64,000 nt of DNA from a virus. This document shows, one piece after another, positions 53,858-61,407 of this stretch; the stretch's first letter is position 1, and every line of letters begins with the position of its first letter. Position numbers and translations under genes: made by a program. The stretch spans positions 2,786 to 66,785 of the IMG/VR virus record IMGVR_UViG_3300028908_000009; one strand, 5' to 3'. The notes beneath the pieces are model-generated. The model was not told where the DNA came from. It worked only from the letters and a program-made list of their open reading frames with translations, and made no database searches.

Positions 53858-54436
53858 ATGAAGTACGGTGCCATCATCGCAACCCTGTTCCTGCTGCTCG
53901 CCCCCATCGCGCAGGCGGGAACCTACCAGGTCGTCATCGACGGCGTCGAGGGCTGGGCCGCCACCGACGAGGTCGCGCCCAACACCTTCGACACGGCCAT
54001 CGAGCTGGAGGACGGGACCCATCTCCAGTTCGTGAACTCCGAGGCCGGTCCGGCCCGGGTGAGCCTGCGCCGCCCGTCCGCCGAGACGGCCGAGGAGCTG
54101 AGCACCCTGCTCATCACGAACCCGCTGACGCCCGACCAGGAGCGGCAGGTCATCGCCAGCAACGCGGACCTGTACGACATGCTCATCTGGTACAGGGTCC
54201 CGGTCGGAATCGACGGCCATCCCATGAAGACCGACTGCACCATCGAGGATTGCGTGGACGGTGCGGCGGTGACCTGCGGCCTGTTCGGCGGGCTGCGGAA
54301 GCTCGACTACCAGACCGGCGACCATTGCCGGTACGAGTGCAACGACGGCAGCAAGGGCAGCGTCGAGTGCGAGAAGGTGACGGCGAAGCCCGACGATGCG
54401 CTGGAGACCCAGCGCACCGGTGGAAACGGGAACTGA
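53858..54436 (+). CDS. Exported protein with 6-Cys C-terminal domain
   Basis: Signal peptide MKYG..AQA; AGGAGG RBS. Confidence 0.75.
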   Translation: MKYGAIIATLFLLLAPIAQAGTYQVVIDGVEGWAATDEVAPNTFDTAIELEDGTHLQFVNSEAGPARVSLRRPSAETAEELSTLLITNPLTPDQERQVIASNADLYDMLIWYRVPVGIDGHPMKTDCTIEDCVDGAAVTCGLFGGLRKLDYQTGDHCRYECNDGSKGSVECEKVTAKPDDALETQRTGGNGN

Positions 54437-54529
54437 TCCCCACCACGGGAGCCCGGCGGTAGGCAGCAGCTCACGGCGAGGGCGGGCCGCCGGGCTCCCA
54501 TCTTCCTACCCACCAACCAAGGAGGAAAC

Positions 54530-54760
54530 ATGGACGAGATGCAGGTCAACGAGCATCCGCAGGAAGCGAACTTCCTCACCTGGCTGAGCCAGAAGCTCGT
54601 GGACCTCGGGGAGACCCAGGTCCTCGACAACCGGCGGCTTCACTACGTCCAGAACCTGCCGGCGAAGAAGCAGTATTACATCGTGATGAGCGCCATCAAG
54701 GAGTGGCGACAGGAGAACGCCCACCTCTTCGGTCGGAAGCAGGCGGGCGAACAGAGCTAG
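54530..54760 (+). CDS. Hypothetical protein
   Basis: AAGGAGG RBS. Confidence 0.75.
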   Translation: MDEMQVNEHPQEANFLTWLSQKLVDLGETQVLDNRRLHYVQNLPAKKQYYIVMSAIKEWRQENAHLFGRKQAGEQS

Positions 54761-54792
54761 GCACCGTACAAGGGAAAGGGGAGGAAGAGACC

Positions 54793-55761
54793 ATGATCAA
54801 GCTGATCGACCTGCGTGGAGAGGAACGAACCTTCGAGTCCCTGGCAGAAGCCTGCTCGACCATCGAGGCCGAGGGGCAGATGCCCGGCGAGATCGTGGCG
54901 CTCTTCCTCCCCGATCCGTCGGACGGGCCGAGGCCCATCGAACCCGTGATGTGGCCCTCGGAGGTGGACCCGTCGTCGAGCTGCCGCCGGGAGATCATCC
55001 TGAAGCGGCTGGTCGGCGACGGGCTCGCCTTCGACCTGCGGCGGGTTTGGGAGCGGTTCACCGGCATCGGGCTGGAGGCGGGCCTCGCGGCGGCAGGGAT
55101 GGAGACCTACTCCTACCAGCTCCAGGTCCCGGACGGGCTGGTGGAAGCGGACCTCGTCCAGAACCGGGACGTGTTGGTCCGCCTTCCGTCTTCCGGGCCC
55201 GACGGCAAGCCCCGCTGGGCGGTCCACTCCCCCGTGCTCGGTTGCAACCTGCGCGGGCGGGTGGACCGCATCAGCGCCGACGGTCGGGAGGTCATCGATT
55301 GGAAGGTGACGGGCTACCCGGGACCACGGAAGGACTGGGGCCTGAACTCGTCGTGGGTTCTCCAGCTCCAGGTCTATGCCCACATGCTCCGGCTACTGCT
55401 CGGCCTGTCCGCCGAGGAACAGTCGCTCCAGGTGTGGCGTATCTACCGAGACCCCTACATCTGGAAGGAGCAGGAGTGCGGCTGGCGCAAGAGGAAGGTC
55501 GCGGACATGGACGCCGCCTTCAAGCGCTTCGAGGTGCCCGTCTGGGACGACGACAAGCTGGAGGGCGAGATCGGGGAGCATTGCCGCTCGACGATGGAGG
55601 CGCTGGAGAAGCTCGTCGAGAAGCCGGAGGACATCGCGGAGGTGCTTGCCGACATCCCGCTGGACGGGGAGGTCAGGAGGATGTATGGCGGAAAGAAATG
55701 TTCCACCTATTGCGACGTCCGGGACGCCTGCTGGACCTTCTCCGGCCGGCCGATCTTCTGA
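54793..55761 (+). CDS. Cas4/RecB-like PD-(D/E)XK exonuclease
   Basis: GRVD..VIDWK..QLQVY; Cys 1+3 pattern (C..KKCSTYC...C). Confidence 0.85.
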   Translation: MIKLIDLRGEERTFESLAEACSTIEAEGQMPGEIVALFLPDPSDGPRPIEPVMWPSEVDPSSSCRREIILKRLVGDGLAFDLRRVWERFTGIGLEAGLAAAGMETYSYQLQVPDGLVEADLVQNRDVLVRLPSSGPDGKPRWAVHSPVLGCNLRGRVDRISADGREVIDWKVTGYPGPRKDWGLNSSWVLQLQVYAHMLRLLLGLSAEEQSLQVWRIYRDPYIWKEQECGWRKRKVADMDAAFKRFEVPVWDDDKLEGEIGEHCRSTMEALEKLVEKPEDIAEVLADIPLDGEVRRMYGGKKCSTYCDVRDACWTFSGRPIF

Positions 55762-55897
55762 GTTTTCGCCGGAGGTGGAGCAGGAGATCGTCTCGATCGT
55801 TCAGTGGGTCCGGGAGATCGCCTGGCTGCTGCGGATGGAGCACGACGTCGAAGAGGGAGAAGTGATCGCCGAGGTGAGACGGAGGCTCGGCGGGTAG
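55685..55897 (+). CDS. Hypothetical protein overlapping nuclease 3' end
   Basis: AGGAGG-ATG; helical acidic C-half. Confidence 0.5.
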   Translation: MAERNVPPIATSGTPAGPSPAGRSSEFSPEVEQEIVSIVQWVREIAWLLRMEHDVEEGEVIAEVRRRLGG

Positions 55898-55905
55898 GGG
55901 CGACG

Positions 55906-56232
55906 GTGAGAGGAAGAAGCAGGGAAAGCCTGGAAGAGACGGCCCGAGATGTTCTCCATCGCTGTGCTACCTCCTCCCTGCGGCTTCGGCCCCTGGATAG
56001 GCCGGAGAGTTTCCACCTGTGGCGAGTCCGTCGCAGGCTGACGGAGACGCTCGGAGAGGGGCCGGGCGCGCGGGTAGCCGAGGACTTCTTCCGCAAGCTC
56101 CACGATCTTCCCCGACGCGAGCGACTGTGCCGGCTGGACTGGGCGAACCATGCGCTGCGCCGGGCCGGTCTCAAGATTCCTCCGCGAAAAGCAGTTGCCG
56201 AGCGACCCGGTTGGCCGTACTGGTGGATGTGA
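55906..56232 (+). CDS. Hypothetical basic protein
   Basis: Fills gap on coding strand. Confidence 0.55.
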   Translation: MRGRSRESLEETARDVLHRCATSSLRLRPLDRPESFHLWRVRRRLTETLGEGPGARVAEDFFRKLHDLPRRERLCRLDWANHALRRAGLKIPPRKAVAERPGWPYWWM

Positions 56233-56237
56233 GATGG

Positions 56238-56346
56238 GGGTTCCCCCGGGAGGGACGTCGCACCAGGCGAACTACACCGTACCCGGCGCTCTACTTACCA
56301 GGCACGCGGGGGAACCCTGGCAGGCAGGATCGTGCGACGTCCCTCC
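56238..56346 (+). ncRNA. Candidate structured RNA (interleaved 11-bp and 15-bp stems)
   Basis: A 56238-48 pairs 56307-17; B 56249-63 pairs 56332-46. Confidence 0.4.
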
Positions 56347-56370
56347 GTCTTTCCCAGGGGAGAAGCGACG

Positions 56371-56877
56371 ATGAAACCCGAGTTCAAGGTATTGACCCAG
56401 GTCCTGGCCCACCGGGCCCACGTGGCCGCCCGGCTGGAGCAGATCATTACCAGGCTGCGGGAGCGGGCGACCCTCCACGACCTGACGAAGCTCCAGCCCG
56501 AGGAGTTCGACATCTTCACCGAGACCCACGAGGAGTTCGCCCGCGCGCCCTTCGGGACCGAGGCGTACAGGCGAGTGGAGGAGAAGGGCCGCAAGGCCGT
56601 GAATCACCACTACCGACACAACCGCCACCACGTCAAGCACCACCCGAACGGCTGGGAGGACATGAACCTGATCGACCTGCTGGAGCTGCTCGCCGATTGG
56701 AAGGCCGCTTCCCGCAGGGACCCGGGCCAGCGGTGGTGGGGCGAGGGCTTCCACCGGGCTCTCGAACGGGCGGGCTTCCCTCCCGGCGTCGTGAAGGTCC
56801 TCGTGAACACCGTCGTCGAGCTGGGCTGGAACGCGGACGAGGAGAGCCTCGGCCTGGAGTGGGACGAGAGCTGGTAG
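56371..56877 (+). CDS. HD-domain protein (DUF5662-like)
   Basis: H..HDLTK..HHY.HN.HH..M...D..E...DW. Confidence 0.85.
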   Translation: MKPEFKVLTQVLAHRAHVAARLEQIITRLRERATLHDLTKLQPEEFDIFTETHEEFARAPFGTEAYRRVEEKGRKAVNHHYRHNRHHVKHHPNGWEDMNLIDLLELLADWKAASRRDPGQRWWGEGFHRALERAGFPPGVVKVLVNTVVELGWNADEESLGLEWDESW

Positions 56878-56886
56878 GAGGTACCG

Positions 56887-57186
56887 ATGGCCGACTTGGT
56901 GAGCATCGTGGAGAGGGCCATCAAGGCCACGAACGACCCGGAGGAGCGCGAGGCCCTGGTGTTCCTGAACGACCTGGCCTGGAGGCTGTTCACGGCTCGC
57001 AACAGGTTTGCGGACATCGGGGATCGGTACTGGAACGATAGCCAGAAAGGGCTGGTGGAGGTCTCCAGGAAAGCGCGCACGTGGGTAGAGAAGACGGAGT
57101 TCCTGAGCGCGCAGGTGCAGGGGCTTGCCGACGAGTACGCTCGGCAGCTCATCCTGCGGAAGGAGCGGGAGGAAAAGACGCGATGA
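56887..57186 (+). CDS. Hypothetical protein
   Basis: AGGAGG RBS. Confidence 0.7.
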   Translation: MADLVSIVERAIKATNDPEEREALVFLNDLAWRLFTARNRFADIGDRYWNDSQKGLVEVSRKARTWVEKTEFLSAQVQGLADEYARQLILRKEREEKTR

Positions 57187-57362
57187 ATGACACCCTTCGG
57201 GAGATCGAGAACGCCATCGACGACGTCGTGATCGGGGCGGAGAAGGCCATCAAGACCGTTGAACGTATAGCCAACAGCCTGGACACCCTGTTGGACGAGC
57301 TGCGCGAGGTCCTCGCGGACGCGGAGAACGCGCAGAACCTGATCGGAGAGGTGGATGAGTAG
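57183..57362 (+). CDS. Small coiled-coil protein
   Basis: ATGA overlap. Confidence 0.65.
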   Translation: MNDTLREIENAIDDVVIGAEKAIKTVERIANSLDTLLDELREVLADAENAQNLIGEVDE

Positions 57363-57669
57363 ATCGAAACGAGAAGGGTCGAAGGGGAAGACCTTCCAGG
57401 AGCTGGCCTCCGAGCTGGCCGAGCTGCTGGAGCGCAAGCGGGCCGCCTACGGGAACAACATGGAGATCGCCCCGAGGGTCCTGGAGCTGCTGTACCCGAA
57501 CGGCGTGCCGGTCTCTGCGTATCCGACGATGCTCCTGCTCGTGCGGATCCTCGACAAGATCGCGCGGCTCTCGACCGGCGGGGGTCGCTGGGCGCTGGGG
57601 GAGGACGCCTGGAAGGACATCGCGGGCTACGCCCTCTGCGCCCTGCACGACTTCCAGGGGGACGAGTGA
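57355..57669 (+). CDS. Nucleotide-modification-associated domain (Nmad1/DUF1599-like, MazG fold)
   Basis: K..AYG..RILDKIARL..ED.W.DIAGY. Confidence 0.8.
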   Translation: MSRSKREGSKGKTFQELASELAELLERKRAAYGNNMEIAPRVLELLYPNGVPVSAYPTMLLLVRILDKIARLSTGGGRWALGEDAWKDIAGYALCALHDFQGDE

Positions 57670-57947
57670 TGCTCACGGCCGAGTGCTTCACGACCATCGC
57701 CACCGTCGAACGGAAGGGAGAGCCCGTCCGCTACAAGGGGCACAGCTCCGTGCTGGTGGGAGCGGCCACGATCTTCGAGACCTGGACGGAGGCGTGCCCG
57801 ACGAAGGAAGAGGCCGCGAAGCAGCTCGTCGAGGCCCTGATGACTCACCTCGGCCTCACGCGGGAAGCGGCGGAAAGGGTCGTGAACAGGCACGTGGAGG
57901 GCTGGAGCACGACCGTCCTGGAGCTGCACTTCGGGATGCGTTGGTGA
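57666..57947 (+). CDS. Hypothetical protein
   Basis: GTGA overlap. Confidence 0.7.
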   Translation: MMLTAECFTTIATVERKGEPVRYKGHSSVLVGAATIFETWTEACPTKEEAAKQLVEALMTHLGLTREAAERVVNRHVEGWSTTVLELHFGMRW

Positions 57948-57960
57948 AGGGAGAGGAAAG

Positions 57961-58329
57961 ATGGCTCTCATCGGAGAGCTCTACGCCGCACAATGGACGC
58001 ATCTTGATGGGAGCGGGGCCGTTCTCTACCACGGTTACGTGAAGGTCTCAGTCCCATCCACGTTCTCGGGCGAGCTCTGGATCTCCTCGGCTACCCGTGA
58101 AGGGGCCAGGAAGAAGCTGCTGGACAGCGTGGAGAACACCTTCGGGATCCCTCGCCACCTGGTGGAAGAGTCGCTCGACAAGGGGCTCGTAATCGACGTG
58201 AAGGCCGTCCCCAGCTTCCTCCTGAGCCAGGAGCAACGGGTAAAGGCCGAGCACGAGGAGCAACAGGCCCTCCGTCGATCGGAGCAGCTCGATCCCCTGG
58301 CCGACATACCGAAGGACATCCGGTGGTAA
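57961..58329 (+). CDS. Hypothetical protein, likely paralogue of preceding gene
   Basis: Y.G...V..W...T.E.A.K.L pattern shared. Confidence 0.7.
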   Translation: MALIGELYAAQWTHLDGSGAVLYHGYVKVSVPSTFSGELWISSATREGARKKLLDSVENTFGIPRHLVEESLDKGLVIDVKAVPSFLLSQEQRVKAEHEEQQALRRSEQLDPLADIPKDIRW

Positions 58330-58353
58330 CCATTCGCTTGGGAGGAAAGGGAA

Positions 58354-58524
58354 ATGACATCGAAGGATTGGGAAAAGCTGGAAAAGGAGCTGTTCGCGTT
58401 GTGGATGGATCCGCGCGACGGCGAACACCAGGCCCGCAAGCTGCGAGACATCCTGCTTCGGTGGGTCAGGGAGCAGAGAGAGAAGGCAGAGCTGGAGGAG
58501 CGGAAAGCCGCCGATATGTGGTAA
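58354..58524 (+). CDS. Small hypothetical protein (56 aa, below track cut-off)
   Basis: GGAGG RBS; MTSKDWEKLEKELF..ADMW. Confidence 0.6.
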   Translation: MTSKDWEKLEKELFALWMDPRDGEHQARKLRDILLRWVREQREKAELEERKAADMW

Positions 58525-58547
58525 CTGTCCATCCGGGAGGAAACGAC

Positions 58548-58784
58548 ATGCCTACGTGGTTCAAGGTCGCACTGCTGGCACTCCTGCTACTCGGCCTCGT
58601 GCTGTTCTTCGGCGGCATCGCCATCGCTCTCTACAGCGTCTGGAAGGCTGCCGTGGCCCTGTTCTCCTCCGAATGGCTGGCGAGTGCCGCCTGGCTACTC
58701 GTTGGAGGAACCGTGGGCGGGATCGTTCATGGCCTCGGGGTCATGGTCATCTCGCTGGCGGTTGCGATGGGGAGGGATCGGTGA
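58548..58784 (+). CDS. Membrane protein
   Basis: GGAGG RBS; 2 TM helices. Confidence 0.7.
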   Translation: MPTWFKVALLALLLLGLVLFFGGIAIALYSVWKAAVALFSSEWLASAAWLLVGGTVGGIVHGLGVMVISLAVAMGRDR

Positions 58785-58969
58785 GCGAGACGAAGGACCT
58801 CGACCGTCACGGCCTGCTGAGCCTGCTCTACGACCGGGTGCCCTTCTGGGTCGAGACCGGGCTGGCTACCCGCGTCACCGTCACCGTCCAGCGGCGGGAC
58901 CGGGACGAGCCGGAGAGCTGGAGCTGGACGAGGGAAGGAAAGGGAGAGGCCGAGGGAGGGGCGGAATGA
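58781..58969 (+). CDS. Hypothetical protein
   Basis: GTGA overlap, GGAGG. Confidence 0.6.
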   Translation: MSETKDLDRHGLLSLLYDRVPFWVETGLATRVTVTVQRRDRDEPESWSWTREGKGEAEGGAE

Positions 58970-59247
58970 TCGAGTTCGTGGTCGGCAGCCTCCTCTTCCT
59001 GGCCGGTAGTCTGGCGGACTACGTGACCACCCGCCGGGCGCTACGCCGGGGAGCGCGGGAGGGGAACCCCATCTACGGCCGCCACGGTGAGCGGCTGTGG
59101 CTGTTCTGGCCGCTGGACCTCGCGGTCTACGGCGCGCTCGCCTGGGGGTGGTACGCCTACCAGGGCGAGTTCGTGCCGATCCTGCTCAGCCTGTTCGGCG
59201 TGCTCCGGCTGATCGTCGCCCACCACAACGCGAGGATGGCACGATGA
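58966..59247 (+). CDS. DUF5658-like membrane protein
   Basis: DYVTT..AL..G..EGNP plus TM helices. Confidence 0.7.
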   Translation: MIEFVVGSLLFLAGSLADYVTTRRALRRGAREGNPIYGRHGERLWLFWPLDLAVYGALAWGWYAYQGEFVPILLSLFGVLRLIVAHHNARMAR

Positions 59248-59480
59248 TGACCAACCGGGCAGGGCTGGTGAGCAGGGAAGGGGAGCTCCGGTTCGCCTTC
59301 CACGCCCGCCGTATCTTCGAGCTGGCGGAGAAGCTGGCCGAGGCGGGAGCGCCGCCGGAGATGGTGGAAGCCCTGTGGGCGGCGAGCGGATGGCTGTCGG
59401 CCGCCAGGCTCTGGTTGCGGGAGAAGCGGGAGGAGGCCCGCAGGAGGGAACGAGATGCTGAAGGTGTGGATCGGGGGTAG
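59244..59480 (+). CDS. Hypothetical protein
   Basis: ATGA overlap. Confidence 0.6.
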   Translation: MMTNRAGLVSREGELRFAFHARRIFELAEKLAEAGAPPEMVEALWAASGWLSAARLWLREKREEARRRERDAEGVDRG

Positions 59481-59886
59481 CCGGGAGATCGCGTGGCTCT
59501 CGCCGCGCGACCTGGCCGGCCTGGTGCAGGGGTTTCTCCGCACGGTCTGTCGAAGGGACGTCGAGCTCGACGAGGTGATGATCCTCCACGGAGCCGCGCG
59601 GGGCGTGGACTGGGCGGCGCACCGGTTGGGGCAGGGCTGCGGGGGCGTGGAGGCCCTGCCCGCCAGGTGGGAAGAGCACGGGAAGATCGCCGGCATCCTG
59701 CGGAACGAGGAGCTGGCAGAGCGTGCGGACGTCGGCATCTTCGTCTGGAACGGCACCTCCCGGGGCACCCAGGACTCCTGGAAGAAGATGCTGGATCGCG
59801 GGAAGCCGGCGCTGCTGGTCTTCCTGCCCGGACCCGGGGCGGTGATCGGCGAGGAGGGAGGAGGCGATGAGGCGGATGGATCCTGA
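59455..59886 (+). CDS. SLOG/YspA (DUF2493-like) protein
   Basis: GGSR..HGAARGVD..W..HGK.AG.LRN..W.G.SRGT. Confidence 0.88.
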   Translation: MLKVWIGGSREIAWLSPRDLAGLVQGFLRTVCRRDVELDEVMILHGAARGVDWAAHRLGQGCGGVEALPARWEEHGKIAGILRNEELAERADVGIFVWNGTSRGTQDSWKKMLDRGKPALLVFLPGPGAVIGEEGGGDEADGS

Positions 59887-60286
59887 TGCCCACTACCTCT
59901 CGATCTGGCGGGCCTTCCTGGGCGACATGCCCAGCCTCAACGAGCCGATTCGGGGGATTGACGGCGAGCTGTCCGCCGAGCGGTGGACCCTCACCGAGGA
60001 CCGCCGCTCCTTCCCCCGGCCGGACCGCCAGCTCCTGGTCACCGAGATCCGCGAGAGCCTGCGCCGGGCCCTGTCCCGCATGGAACCTCGCACGGCCTTC
60101 ATCCTACGCCACCGGTTCGGGCTGGATGGGGCGGAGACGCTGACCCTCCTGGAGCTCGGGCACCGCCTGGGGCTGAGCCGCGAGCGGGTCCGCCAGATCC
60201 AGGCGGCCGGGCTCGCCTTCCTTCGCCAGGAGATGCAGCACCTGGCCGACAGCATCGGTTGGGAGGCCCCGGAGAAGCTGGAGTGA
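59867..60286 (+). CDS. Truncated sigma70-like protein (regions 3.2-4 only)
   Basis: SLNEP..RFGL..TL.ELG..LGLSRERVRQI. Confidence 0.85.
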   Translation: MRRMDPDAHYLSIWRAFLGDMPSLNEPIRGIDGELSAERWTLTEDRRSFPRPDRQLLVTEIRESLRRALSRMEPRTAFILRHRFGLDGAETLTLLELGHRLGLSRERVRQIQAAGLAFLRQEMQHLADSIGWEAPEKLE

Positions 60287-60331
60287 GGGTCCGGCGGGAA
60301 GGGGCAGGAGAAACAGAATCGAGGTGAAGAG

Positions 60332-60661
60332 ATGAGCAAAAGCAAAAGGAAGATCGTCGTTATAGACGCGGCTGCGGGTGACCTCGATGCGTTCGCCATC
60401 GTGAAGATCCCGGCGTGCTACCTTGAGAAGATCGGTTGTGCGTGGACGGAATACATGAGGTACTTCCTGTCCGACAGGGAGGACATCGAGAAGGCGATCA
60501 ATAAGCTCTTCGACCAGCACACGAACGCCCTGAGGATCTGTCAGAACGAGCATCTTCCCATAAAGGTTCTCGACGCTACCCTCGAAAAGCTGCGAGAAGC
60601 GCTGAAGGATCGGCTTGCCTACGTCGAAGAGAACATCGCGGAGGGAAAGGATGACGATTGA
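60332..60661 (+). CDS. Hypothetical protein
   Basis: GAGG RBS. Confidence 0.7.
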   Translation: MSKSKRKIVVIDAAAGDLDAFAIVKIPACYLEKIGCAWTEYMRYFLSDREDIEKAINKLFDQHTNALRICQNEHLPIKVLDATLEKLREALKDRLAYVEENIAEGKDDD

Positions 60662-60875
60662 CGTGGAGAGGTTGGCGAGGATCGCCGAAGGGAAGCGGTG
60701 GAGAGCCTGGCAACACCGCTCGCATCCGGGGTGGTGGTGGGTGGAGGGCCTCAAGGTAGACGGCCCGGAGGACGGGCGTGGGGACTTCCTCTCCAAGGAA
60801 GATGCCGAGCTGGTGGCAGCAGCTCCCGAGATGGCCCGGATGCTGGCCGAGCTGCTACGGAAGGAGGAAAAGTGA
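60651..60875 (+). CDS. Hypothetical protein (DAELVAAAP motif)
   Basis: GGAGG RBS. Confidence 0.7.
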   Translation: MTIDVERLARIAEGKRWRAWQHRSHPGWWWVEGLKVDGPEDGRGDFLSKEDAELVAAAPEMARMLAELLRKEEK

Positions 60876-61144
60876 GCAGGAAGAGCTGGGAAGAGCTGCC
60901 CCCGAGGCTCCGGTTGGACTACCTGTTCGCCGCGTTCCACTCGATGGAACAGGCGTGGGGAGCCATCGCCCGACTGCCCCACCGCCTGCACGTGGCAGCC
61001 ATCGAGCGACTCCAGGCTACCGACCCGGACAGCCTCCGCCCGGACCAGACGTCATCGGAATGGGCCATGACATTCCGCTCGATCGGGTTCAACATGCTGA
61101 GCGAGATCAACGAGGAGATCGCCAGGGAGCTGGAGAAGGAATGA
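60872..61144 (+). CDS. Hypothetical protein
   Basis: AAGGAGG RBS, GTGA overlap. Confidence 0.7.
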   Translation: MSRKSWEELPPRLRLDYLFAAFHSMEQAWGAIARLPHRLHVAAIERLQATDPDSLRPDQTSSEWAMTFRSIGFNMLSEINEEIARELEKE

Positions 61145-61389
61145 CCTTCAGGGCCTGGCTCACGACGACCGTCGGCTTCCTCCTGGCCTCGCTCGCTTCC
61201 GCCTGGACGATCGGGTGGCTGGCTACCTGGCTGGACCAGCACCCGTGGAACACCGATCCCTGGTTCAACGCCTTCCGCGCAGTCCTCTCCCTCACGATGT
61301 TCCTCGCAGCGATCGGTGGGGCCGTTTCCGTCGTTGCCTTCGCGGGCCTCATCGTCGTCAGCCTCATCGACCCGCCATTCCGCTCCTGA
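61141..61389 (+). CDS. Membrane protein
   Basis: 2 TM helices, ATGA overlap. Confidence 0.65.
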   Translation: MTFRAWLTTTVGFLLASLASAWTIGWLATWLDQHPWNTDPWFNAFRAVLSLTMFLAAIGGAVSVVAFAGLIVVSLIDPPFRS

Positions 61390-61407
61390 ACGAAGAGGAG
61401 ACCCACG

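Noticed and set aside
49716-55761. CRISPR mini-array associated with the Cas4-like gene
   Set aside because: The three repeats alternate orientation with irregular spacing; solo Cas4-like nucleases are common in phages and no other cas genes are present
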